In this document: positions 34,185 to 45,100 of the stretch, piece after piece
Layout of the letters: each line of letters starts with the position of its first letter
Position numbering within the stretch: position 1 is the first letter of the stretch
From: Octopus bimaculoides
Taxonomy: Eukaryota
Assembly (NCBI RefSeq): GCF_001194135.2
Contig: NC_068985.1
Span: 123,678,645-123,723,744, forward strand
DNA: 45,100 nucleotides
Direction: 5' to 3'
Position numbers and translations under genes: made by a program
The notes under the pieces: generated by a model
Database searches by the model: none
What the model was told of the DNA's origin: nothing
Seen by the model: the letters and a program-made list of their open reading frames with translations, nothing else

Positions 34185-34761
34185 TTTCTCTCTCTCTCCT
34201 CTTATATATATATATATATATATATATANNNNNNNNNNNNNNNNNNNNNNNNNNNNNNNNNNNNNNNNNNNNNNNNNNNNNNNNNNNNNNNNNNNNNNNN
34301 NNNNNNNNNNNNNNNNNNNNNNNNNNNNNNNNNNNNNNNNNNNNNNNNNNNNNNNNNNNNNNNNNNNNNNNNNNNNNNNNNNNNNNNNNNNNNNNNNNNN
34401 NNNNNNNNNNNNNNNNNNNNNNNNNNNNNNNNNNNNNNNNNNNNNNNNNNNNNNNNNNNNNNNNNNNNNNNNNNNNNNNNNNNNNNNNNNNNNNNNNNNN
34501 NNNNNNNNNNNNNNNNNNNNNNNNNNNNNNNNNNNNNNNNNNNNNNNNNNNNNNNNNNNNNNNNNNNNNNNNNNNNNNNNNNNNNNNNNNNNNNNNNNNN
34601 NNNNNNNNNNNNNNNNNNNNNNNNNNNNNNNNNNNNNNNNNNNNNNNNNNNNNNNNNNNNNNNNNNNNNNNNNNNNNNNNNNNNNNNNNNNNNNNNNNNN
34701 NNNNNNNNNNNNNNNNNNNNNNNNNNNNNNNNNNNNNNNNNNNNNNNNNNNNNNNNNNNNN

Positions 34762-34829
<68 letters not shown>

Positions 34830-36179
34830 AGTTTTTAAAAAATAGGCAGTAGTGGTTTATATGAACAATATTAGGTTCTATTGATAACAATACAAGAGGT
34901 TTTGAAATATTGTTGATATTTCATATGCGTATTTTTCTTGAATCACTTAGATTATAACCTAAGGAGATTTTTTTGGCATTGGGTTAGATATTGTTGTTCT
35001 TTAACACCAGGTCCTCTCTGATCCAGGAGACATGATCAAACAGATTCTAACTTTACCCATCCAGTTTTTTTTTTCTTTCAGACATTGTAGTTAAAATCCC
35101 GAGCGTTAAACTAATACATCTGTTTGTTGTCTACACACCCGTCTTCGTATTTCGTTTTTTTTGTTTTTTCTTTTTGTGAATTCTCCCTTGATTATAGACT
35201 TGCTCAACTAGGGACATTTGAGAGCGATGCGATTCATTAACATTGTTATTGTTATACCCAGCTGAAGAAAGTAACTAGCTGGTCAATTGAGATACAATAA
35301 TACATCATATAATAGATATATCAAACTCTAGAGCCCTTCAGAGATTCAGTTAAAAATTAAATAAAAAAGAAGTATTTAAGTATTTTGATTTCAAACCTCA
35401 TACAACGACCCGAAAAAGAGGATCAGAAAGAATACAATCAGCAGCTCAACGCACAAACGTGAAACGTCATGGTTTACAAATTGCAAGAGATAAAATATAG
35501 CAAGAAAATAAGCAAGAACAGAAGGACAAAACCGATATCGCATAACCGAAAGCTAATACGCAGTGCATGCATTTACATAGCTAAACAAAACACCGTTGTA
35601 AATGGCTTCTAAAGCCTCTTTAATTGTCGAAAACACTCAAATACGTAAAGAAAGAAAGGAATAAAATAAAACACTGTTGCAAATTGTAGCAAACCTCAAT
35701 AACTAGAAATGCACGCTAAACATGTATGTGTATACATACATACATACATACATACACACACACATATATTTTCTTTTACTACTGTTACTAATTTATATGC
35801 TCTCGCACTCACACACGCGTNNNNNNNNNNNNNNNNNNNNNNNNNNNNNNNNNNNNNNNNNNNNNNNNNNNNNNNNNNNNNNNNNNNNNNNNNNNNNNNN
35901 NNNNNNNNNNNNNNNNNNNNNNNNNNNNNNNNNNNNNNNNNNNNNNNNNNNNNNNNNNNNNNNNNNNNNNNNNNNNNNNNNNNNNNNNNNNNNNNNNNNN
36001 NNNNNNNNNNNNNNNNNNNNNNNNNNNNNNNNNNNNNNNNNNNNNNNNNNNNNNNNNNCATATATATATAAAGATAAAACTTACTTGGAAACGGATGCGT
36101 GGCGTTCGATCATATAATAACATAAATAATATATAAATATATGCATATATCCATACATATATTTATATATTATTTATGT

Positions 36180-36219
<40 letters not shown>

Positions 36220-36926
36220 CATGTGTGTGTGTGTGTGTGTAAGTATATGTAAGTATGTGCCTATAAGTGTACGCGTGCATGTGTGCGTGATCGTATAAAC
36301 TAGTTAGGGTAGAAAAATTTATATATCGGGTACATAATATCTATCGGTCGAAGCCAGAAAATAGCAAATAAATTAAATGTCTTACGAAGAAGGGTTCCAA
36401 ATGTTAGTAAAACCATTCCTAGCTCGAAGAAACTATTCGTCCCATTGTCTACTAGATATGTTAATGCAATATCAAGATACTTGCATAAAACAGTTCACTG
36501 TTTAAAAGGAGAAATGAAATGTTTATGATAATAATATTGATATTAAGATAATAATATTAAAATGTATACGGTTAGATCGAGTCCAAAAAATAAGAAAGTT
36601 ATAGTTCTTTGTGGATGAATTCTTGATATCATTAAAGAAGATACAGTACATCATACTTTATGTGTCTGGGGTGAGTCATTCTCTTTCAGTGCCCTATTAA
36701 TTTAACACACTCACCGGTCTGATCTCCACTCATTTACTTATTTGTTTTTGCTAAAATTTTCGTTGCGTCTTGCAACATTTTCAATGGCTATTGACACTAA
36801 TTTGCATGTTTTTAATGAAATTACATGTATAAAAAAATTGATCTTACTGTGGACGGCTGAGAAATTACTCCTACTTAGAACAAAAGTATTGAATATATGA
36901 GAAAGGATTATTAATAATCATGATGA

Positions 36927-37414
36927 TTTCAAATTTTGACACAAGGCCAGCACTTTTGAGGAGGAGCTAAGTCGATTACATCTAACCTAATGTTCGAGTG
37001 GTAATTATTTTATCTACTCCGGAAGGATGAAAGGCAAAATCGACCTCAGGAGCATTTGAACTCAGAACGTGAAGACGGACGAAATGCTGCTAAGCATTTT
37101 TCCAGGCGTGCTAACGATTCAGCCAGCTCGCCATTTAAGGATACTACTACTACTACTACTACTGCTCGTGCTGCTGCTACTATCACTACTACTAATAATA
37201 ATAATGATAATAATCCTTTCTATTATAGGCACAAAGCCTGAAATTTGGGGGAGGGGGATAGTCGATTACATCTACCCCAGCGATCAACTGGTACTTATCT
37301 TATCGACCCCTTAAAGGTTGAAAACAAAGTCGAACTCGGTGGAATTTGAACTCAGAACGGAGCGACGGGCAAAATACCGCTAAGCGTTGCGTCCAGCTTG
37401 CTAACGGTTCTGCC

Positions 37415-37452
<38 letters not shown>

Positions 37453-37777
37453 CAATAATAATCTTTTCTATTGAAGGCACAAACCCAAACATTTTGTGGT
37501 AGGGGCTAATGGTTTACATCGACCCACAGGACTTGACTGATACTATTTTATCAGCCCCAAATAGAAGGAAGCCAAAATCGACCTCGGTGGTATTTGAGCT
37601 CAAACTGTGAGGAGTCAGAAAAATGTCGCTAAGCATTTTGGACTGTGTGCTAACCATTCCGCCAGTTCGCCGCCTGTAGTATTAATAATACTGGTCCTTT
37701 CTACTATAGGCACAAGACCTGAATTTTTTGATAGGAGGGGCTTGTCGATTATATCGACCAAAGTGCTTATTTTTATT
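36927..37777 (-). mobile_element. Head-to-tail array of four dominant-family SINEs (about 36927-37135, 37212-37414, 37461-37675, 37695-37777)
   Basis: The GTCGATTACATC / GGATGAAAGGCAAA / ATTTGAACTCAGAA / CTAAGCATTT motifs recur in the same orientation, separated by (ACT)n/(AAT)n tracts. Confidence 0.9.
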
Positions 37778-37869
37778 ACAATGCATTCAAATATCTGAAT
37801 ATTTTCTTCATTTTTTTGTGTTCTTTTTTCTTTCCTTTTCTCTACTAATATATTTTCTATCTTTTAATA

Positions 37870-37931
37870 ATTTCTTCTTCTTCTTCTTCTTCTTCTTCTT
37901 CTTCTTCTTCTTCTTCTTCTTCTTCTTCTTC

Positions 37932-37963
<32 letters not shown>

Positions 37964-37977
37964 CTTCTTCTTCTTCC
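37870..37977. repeat. (TTC)n microsatellite
   Basis: Direct reading. Confidence 0.95.
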
Positions 37978-39413
37978 CCCTTCCTCATAGCCCCCAGCCC
38001 ACGCCGTCTTTTATTCTTCTCTTTGTTTGTATTTTACCACCACCACCCGGTCACCTCCATCTTTTTCTTACTATTTTTGAAAAAACACAATGTTTTGGAA
38101 ATAGTTTGTTATTTTCGGAATAACTGAATATCTTGAAAATTCCGTTTTAGTATAATAATTTTCTATAGGCTTATACATTCTACTTAAGTCTTTGGCAATC
38201 CTTATTCCTTTCAGCCAAGTAATATTCACACAAAGGCAAATAAGCTCTCTCCCTCCCCACTTATTCCGTTACTACACTTACATACACCTCCTTATACAGC
38301 CGCATACACACAGACACACACATATAAATATAGTTAATACTAGTAGAACTTTATTAAATTATTTTTGCGTAAAAAAAAAGAAAATTCTGTTTATTTGTGG
38401 TTTAATCTCTTGGTATATCGGTTTAGATTCCTCTTCTCTATTTTTCATCCATATTTTTTTTATTGTCTAATGTCTTAAAGATATACATTTTCATTCATTT
38501 GTATAATTGAATTCTTATGTGTTTTGTCTTATTTTTGTCTCTTCTTTGTAAGCACAAAAATATTAACTGTAGCATTCAGAAATTTCAATATTCTGTACGC
38601 ACATAAAGGCAGAGACAGCCACACACACACACACACATACATATATATATATGTGTGTGTATATATATGTATATATTATTTATATACTTNNNNNNNNNNN
38701 NNNNNNNNNNNNNNNNNNNNNNNNNNNNNNNNNNNNNNNNNNNNNNNNNNNNNNNNNNNNNNNNNNNNNNNNNNNNNNNNNNNNNNNNNNNNNNNNNNNN
38801 NNNNNNNNNNNNNNNNNNNNNNNNNNNNNNNNNNNNNNNNNNNNNNNNNNNNNNNNNNNNNNNNNNNNNNNNNNNNNNNNNNNNNNNNNNNNNNNNNNNN
38901 NNNNNNNNNNNNNNNNNNNNNNNNNNNNNNNNNNNNNNNNNNNNNNNNNNNNNNNNNNNNNNNNNNNNNNNNNNNNNNNNNNNNNNNNNNNNNNNNNNNN
39001 NNNNNNNNNNNNNNNNNNNNNNNNNNNNNNNNNNNNNNNNNNNNNNNNNNNNNNNNNNNNNNNNNNNNNNNNNNNNNNNNNNNNNNNNNNNNNNNNNNNN
39101 NNNNNNNNNNNNNNNNNNNNNNNNNNNNNNNNNNNNNNNNNNNNNNNNNNNNNNNNNNNNNNNNNNNNNNNNNNNNNNNNNNNNNNNNNNNNNNNNNNNN
39201 NNNNNNNNNNNNNNNNNNNNNNNNNNNNNNNNNNNNNNNNNNNNNNNNNNNNNNNNNNNNNNNNNNNNNNNNNNNNNNNNNNNNNNNNNNNNNNNNNNNN
39301 NNNNNNNNNNNNNNNNNNNNNNNNNNNNNNNNNNNNNNNNNNNNNNNNNNNNNNNNNNNNNNNNNNNNNNNNNNNNNNNNNNNNNNNNNNNNNNNNNNNN
39401 NNNNNNNNNNNNN

Positions 39414-39469
<56 letters not shown>

Positions 39470-40210
39470 CATACGTATATATGTATATATGTATACTTTC
39501 GTATATGCATATAACACACACACATATATACGTTCTTGTAAATTCACGTAAATATATAGATGTATGAATGTATATAAATGCACATACACATGTATGTTCA
39601 TGACCCTAAACAAACACACAAATGAAAACACAATTACAGTTAAATCCACAGATAGATACATGCATACATTAGTATAGAAATACACATATACATACACGCA
39701 CACACATGCGTACACACACACACATGCGTACACACACACACACTCACACATACATAAACATATATATCTGCGTATTGCATGTGCGCATTTCAATCTAACA
39801 TGACGTATCTATATTGATACCACTGAATAATTTTGTCAGTGAATAGATATATTCTCAAATGGAAAAATGAGAATAGGAGATAAAAAAAATAGCAACTAAA
39901 ATCGAATCGGGAAAGATTGATAAAAATCTAAGACAAAAATTATGCAAAGATATCGTACTGAAGGATTGAAAAGCCATATCAGAAAAACATAGAAAGGATC
40001 TTGTGCTATATCGTTCAATTACAATGATTATAATAACAGATTCCACGTGAGAAGAGAATTGACGCTACAGAAAACCGAAAATAACTTACAGCTGCATCGA
40101 CAGCAACAGCAATTGCATGTTGAATGTAACGTGTGTAAATCTATGTATGCATGCTAGCTGATATGTATGTACGTGTGTACGCACGTATGTATGCATTCAT
40201 GCATGCATGC

Positions 40211-40243
<33 letters not shown>

Positions 40244-40290
40244 TGTATGTATGTATGTATGCACGTATGCATGCATGTAGTTATATACTT

Positions 40291-40456
40291 ATGTATTTAT
40301 GAATGTATATAGATATGTATGTATGTATTTATGAATGTATATAGATATGAATGTATGTATGTATTTATGAATGTATACAGATATGTATGTATGTATTTAT
40401 GAATGTATATAGATATGAATGTATGTATGTATTTATGAATGTATATAGATATGTAC
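40291..40456. repeat. Minisatellite with alternating 32/36-bp units
   Basis: GTATTTATGAATGTATA starts at 40293, 40325, 40361, 40393 and 40429. Confidence 0.9.
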
Positions 40457-41860
40457 GTTTAGGCTATATTTATATTTGTATAGACATGCATATATACATA
40501 TATACATATGTGTGTGTGTGTGTATGTGTTTATAAGTATGCATATACATTAAGTTAATACATATAAACGGCTATTTCATATATACATACACGCACACGTA
40601 AACACACATATGTTTGTAAATAAACGAAAGTACTCATAAGCTCGGATGACGCAATGTATATTTATAAACAGATAAAATACAAACATAAAAATCTGTGTGC
40701 GTATTTTACGTTAGTAGTAAGGAATGCGAGAAAAAGAACTCCACACATGGAATAGAGAACAATTGATGAAATAAGTGAGTATAAATAAGAAATATCAACT
40801 CGGTATTACACGGAGTTCTCTTGAGAGTTCTTGTATCTTCAGAAAACCTTGATGACCGGCGAACTTGCATAGAAAATACAAGTAATAACTGGAGGCTCAG
40901 ATATCAAGTTAAATAGTTTGCATGTATGTATATATATATATATATATATATNNNNNNNNNNNNNNNNNNNNNNNNNNNNNNNNNNNNNNNNNNNNNNNNN
41001 NNNNNNNNNNNNNNNNNNNNNNNNNNNNNNNNNNNNNNNNNNNNNNNNNNNNNNNNNNNNNNNNNNNNNNNNNNNNNNNNNNNNNNNNNNNNNNNNNNNN
41101 NNNNNNNNNNNNNNNNNNNNNNNNNNNNNNNNNNNNNNNNNNNNNNNNNNNNNNNNNNNNNNNNNNNNNNNNNNNNNNNNNNNNNNNNNNNNNNNNNNNN
41201 NNNNNNNNNNNNNNNNNNNNNNNNNNNNNNNNNNNNNNNNNNNNNNNNNNNNNNNNNNNNNNNNNNNNNNNNNNNNNNNNNNNNNNNNNNNNNNNNNNNN
41301 NNNNNNNNNNNNNNNNNNNNNNNNNNNNNNNNNNNNNNNNNNNNNNNNNNNNNNNNNNNNNNNNNNNNNNNNNNNNNNNNNNNNNNNNNNNNNNNNNNNN
41401 NNNNNNNNNNNNNNNNNNNNNNNNNNNNNNNNNNNNNNNNNNNNNNNNNNNNNNNNNNNNNNNNNNNNNNNNNNNNNNNNNNNNNNNNNNNNNNNNNNNN
41501 NNNNNNNNNNNNNNNNNNNNNNNNNNNNNNNNNNNNNNNNNNNNNNNNNNNNNNNNNNNNNNNNNNNNNNNNNNNNNNNNNNNNNNNNNNNNNNNNNNNN
41601 NNNNNNNNNNNNNNNNNNNNNNNNNNNNNNNNNNNNNNNNNNNNNNNNNNNNNNNNNNNNNNNNNNNNNNNNNNNNNNNNNNNNNNNNNNNNNNNNNNNN
41701 NNNNNNNNNNNNNNNNNNNNNNNNNNNNNNNNNNNNNNNNNNNNNNNNNNNNNNNNNNNNNNNNNNNNNNNNNNNNNNNNNNNNNNNNNNNNNNNNNNNN
41801 NNNNNNNNNNNNNNNNNNNNNNNNNNNNNNNNNNNNNNNNNNNNNNNNNNNNNNNNNNNN

Positions 41861-41914
<54 letters not shown>

Positions 41915-42199
41915 GGGTAGAATGTTTGAGAGGCCAGGACAAATAATTGTATGTGTGTGTTTGCAGATATAAAAGGCTAATATTAATGTCAGTATAACGA
42001 ATAATAATCTCATCAAAATCATTTCTAAGCTTCTAGGGTTAATAACTATGTGTTATTACCACTGTACCATAAACTGTCTTGTATGGTATAGAGATGATTG
42101 CAGTACCGCAAGGACATGAGCTGTTGGGTCAATTTACATTAGGCATCCACATTTCGTCGATGTCCACTTTGTTTTCGTATATCAGGACAAAATTACTTT

Positions 42200-42370
42200 G
42201 TTAAATCATGATCATCATCATAATCATCATAATCGTACATCGTTCTTCTGTGTTTGCATGAGCTAGATGGTCCCTTTCTAACAGTGTAGGACCCCTTGAT
42301 GCAGTTCACAGATCAACATTCATCACTTCTTGGCGTGTCTCCTTTGGTCTTTGTATCTTGCATGGCTTAC
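42200..42370 (-). mobile_element. Decayed RTE-like LINE 3' tail
   Basis: Minus strand GACCAAAGGAGACACGCCAAGAAGTGATGAATGTTGATCTG (RPKxTxxEV.. DL-like), ending in a (GAT)n tail. Confidence 0.45.
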
Positions 42371-42709
42371 TACTTTACTCATCTCTAATTATCTATACAT
42401 GATACGTGTGCAGGAAATCCCTCTTCTCTCTTGCACACCAACTCTGACAACGTTTATACGCAATTCTTCTCACTGTACGTTTGTCTTCCGTTTTTCATGG
42501 AACCTAACGTTATATGTCCTGTAGAGAATGTTCGCCACATATTTACAGTTGAATCCAAGTTTACCTATTAAGAAAAGGAAATCGAAAACACATATAATGT
42601 AAATGAATCTCTTCTTAATCGCTGTTGGGCTACTAAGCAATCTTCACCTGTCTACGATATACAGAGAGCAAGCCATTATGCTAAATCTAATTTTTTACCA
42701 ACTTGTTAT

Positions 42710-42990
42710 TAGCATAGCAGGGGCTCTTCAGTGTAGAGAACTTGGTTATTCATCTAGCGATATACGTGTTGAGCCGGACAGAGGTTCTAATGTTCAATAT
42801 GAACAACGAGTGCGCTTCTATGCAGTTGTTAGCTCTACTAGAGACAGTTGTCAATTTTCTCTTAAATCACACCCTACTGTCTTAAAAAAATGACATATTG
42901 GACAATGTAGCCCATGGCATAGGAAAACAAAGACGAGAGGGTTATGCATTGGATGGTTTTGATCACAGGTTTGGGGATAAACAACGACAA
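42710..42990 (+). mobile_element. Old SINE-like element
   Basis: CTTAAATCACACCCTACTGTCTTAAAAAAA...GATCACAGGTTTGGGGATAAACAACGACAA resembles a recalled cephalopod SINE 3' region. No close second copy is present in the window. Confidence 0.35.
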
Positions 42991-44182
42991 TTGTCAGAAT
43001 CGTAAGGACGGACATTATTCAAGGGAAATATTTTAAGCGAGAATAGAAACTGTTTTGCAAGTTTGGTTCGCTGGAAATTTAGCATCTCTATCAGCTGTTG
43101 GCTTGACGGAACATAAAAAGAAGATGAAAGGAATATAGAAATAGTTAATGCATAGTAGTTGAAGGCGAGGTAGAGTAGCGGCGACTCATAAACTATATTA
43201 AAACTAAAAACAATTTAGAGGGATAGTAAAATAGAAAAAAAGATGTAGTAAATAGTCGGGAAAGTATGTACTAAAACTAGTTTAGACAAATGAGCACTTA
43301 GTCTGTGATGGCACTAAAATATTTGAATGAATGCATTAAAGTCGTTGAAAGTTAGAATAAAACAATCGAAGAAGATACTAAAATGGTTAAGACAAGTGCC
43401 AAAACAATCGCTGTTAGCGTAAAAATGAAGAAATAAAAAGAAGTCTAACAGGCAAACAGAAATAAAAACGAAAAGAAGTAAAAATAAAATGCTTAAAACT
43501 CAGGGAGAGTTAACAGTGAAAGTAGATAGTGAAGTAACCATATAACAACAAAATCACAATAACTGAAAATGTCTGTGAATCAATAAAGGAAAAAAGTGAG
43601 CTAAGGGGCAATAATTCAAGTGGGCTGTGTACAACAAATAAAATTTGAAAAACAAAAGCAGACACGCAATTAATTAAAATTTCCCTCTTTGCTGGAGGAA
43701 GAAAACAAAAACCCAATATAATTACTAACGATGCGATTCTTAAAGAAATCGTTGGTATGTGGATGCATATCTAGTTAATATTTCGAATTTAAAAAAGAAT
43801 AAGAAAAAAGGAAACAAAAAAATCATCATCATTATTATAATTAATGAATAGCAGGTCAGGTGCCTTGCGGTATTTGTCCATATACCTTTGAAATATAAAT
43901 TCATATCCTACAGCAGCTAGCTCTCATTTCCCGGAGAGGGGTTCGATAATATATGTCCTGCCAAACCTTTGTAATCGACAATGTCCTCTACTCAAATTTC
44001 TGCCTTTATGTTCATATTGGAAAAAAGATTATTATAAAAGCAATGCACTGGCAAAACCGGTCGACCGTCAAGCAAATTGTCTTGTGGTATTTAGCAACAT
44101 CTCTTAAATTTTTGAGTTCATATCTAGGGTCGATATACTGGACTACACAGAAAAAAGTGGCTTCTCTTCCGTTTTTAAAAGT

Positions 44183-44255
44183 GCTCGCAGAATCGTTAGT
44201 GCATCGAAATAAATGTTGAGCAGTATTTCTTTCCAGTCTTCATGCTCTGAGTTCA

Positions 44256-44256
<1 letters not shown>
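44183..44256 (+). mobile_element. Dominant-family SINE head cut off by (ATT)n
   Basis: GCAGAATCGTTAGTGCATCG...GCAGTATTTC...TCTGAGTTCAA runs directly into (ATT)n. Confidence 0.75.
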
Positions 44257-44325
<69 letters not shown>

Positions 44326-44326
<1 letters not shown>

Positions 44327-44820
44327 GATTGAGCGAGAGAGCAGCGCATGTCATCAGAGTGACACTAAGGTACAAATATACGAAACCAAAAATATTCATC
44401 ATGACTACCCGTCTGATAAGGTTGCACCAGGCACATGCATCACAACCATATGTGCGCAACATCGTGATCACATATCAAGATAAACAGCACCTGACATTTC
44501 AAATGGGACCCAGTTAAAATTTTCTTCAGGCCGAGTAGCCTGTCCTGCTCAAACGGTCCCTGACTAAGGGTTGTTTAAGGTTGATGGAAGAAAACACCAA
44601 TAATTTCCCACTACTCCCGCTTGTGATCAGAGATGCACATCTCGTCAGTCACTAAAGGATATACTGAACTGTTTAAGGTCAAGCAATTGAGAAGCAAATA
44701 TTTTATATTGAGCTGTAGCACATCTTTCACACCAAGACAATACATGCAAATTTTAACACCTCCACTCAGGTAACATCAGAAGCTATGACAGCCACTACCT
44801 GGTACTGCATTAGGGCATTT
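44326..44820. mobile_element. Non-coding ~495-bp element bounded on both sides by (ATT)n
   Basis: Unique-complexity segment TGATTGAGCGAGAGAGCAG...GGTACTGCATTAGGGCATTT between (ATT)n at 44256-44325 and 44821-44875. No convincing ORF. It resembles a recalled recurrent octopus repeat. Confidence 0.6.
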
Positions 44821-44827
44821 ATCATCA

Positions 44828-44874
<47 letters not shown>

Positions 44875-44875
44875 G

Positions 44876-45100
44876 TTCAGTAGTTTTATTTTTATAACGT
44901 GCTTTCACTTCACTACCGAGCGCAGCTCTGTGCGCCTTGGGTATGTGCTGTGATTTGCTGTGGTGCTCTTGTGTTTACTGTATTGAAAGTGTCTTGCGTA
45001 GAATGTGTGCAGTACCCAGTAGTGCAATTTTCTGTATGTTATATATATTTGTAAGTCCTGGTATTTTTGTTATGTATTTGTCTGAATATTTTTTTATTAT
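44876..45100 (-). mobile_element. 3' end of a Dong/R4-like LINE followed by (TAA)n; runs off the window
   Basis: Minus strand IIKKYSDKYITKIPGLTNIYNIQKIALLGTAHILRKTLSIQ-stop, then a ~110-nt UTR and a (TAA)n tract. Confidence 0.8.

Noticed and set aside
36927-37777. Repeat-spacer pattern superficially like a CRISPR array
   Set aside because: The units are ~200-bp diverged SINEs with microsatellite spacers in a eukaryotic context, with no cas genes.
2170-42022. Long ORFs containing X runs (e.g. 24396-25301, 38524-39793, 40839-42022)
   Set aside because: They span N gaps (2228-2341, 4676-4806, 14126-14319, 24470-25207, 34229-34761, 35821-36058, 38690-39413, 40952-41860) and flanking TA/GA repeats, so they are artefacts.

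Overview
This is AT-rich, microsatellite-dense eukaryotic DNA from a short-read assembly with eight N gaps. The SINE and LINE repertoire is consistent with an octopus/cephalopod genome (inference from recalled repeat families). Most of the window is intronic or intergenic and made of decayed mobile elements: a mariner with both TIRs, CR1-like, RTE, Tx1/L1-like and Dong/R4-like LINE fragments, a Helitron Rep remnant, a Gypsy pol remnant, two copies of a foldback MITE-like element, and more than 20 tRNA-derived SINE pieces. The only convincing host coding sequence is a minus-strand exon (29068-29270) encoding a basic N-terminus plus a transmembrane helix that resembles the TMEM200 family. Other exon candidates are weak. 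The most interesting structure lies in the retroelements: insertions embedded in (TAA)n repeats, a twin-priming-type inverted RTE, SINE tails shared with two different LINEs, degenerate hammerhead ribozymes, and closely spaced inverted repeats that could form dsRNA. No CRISPR array, rRNA or true tRNA gene is supported.
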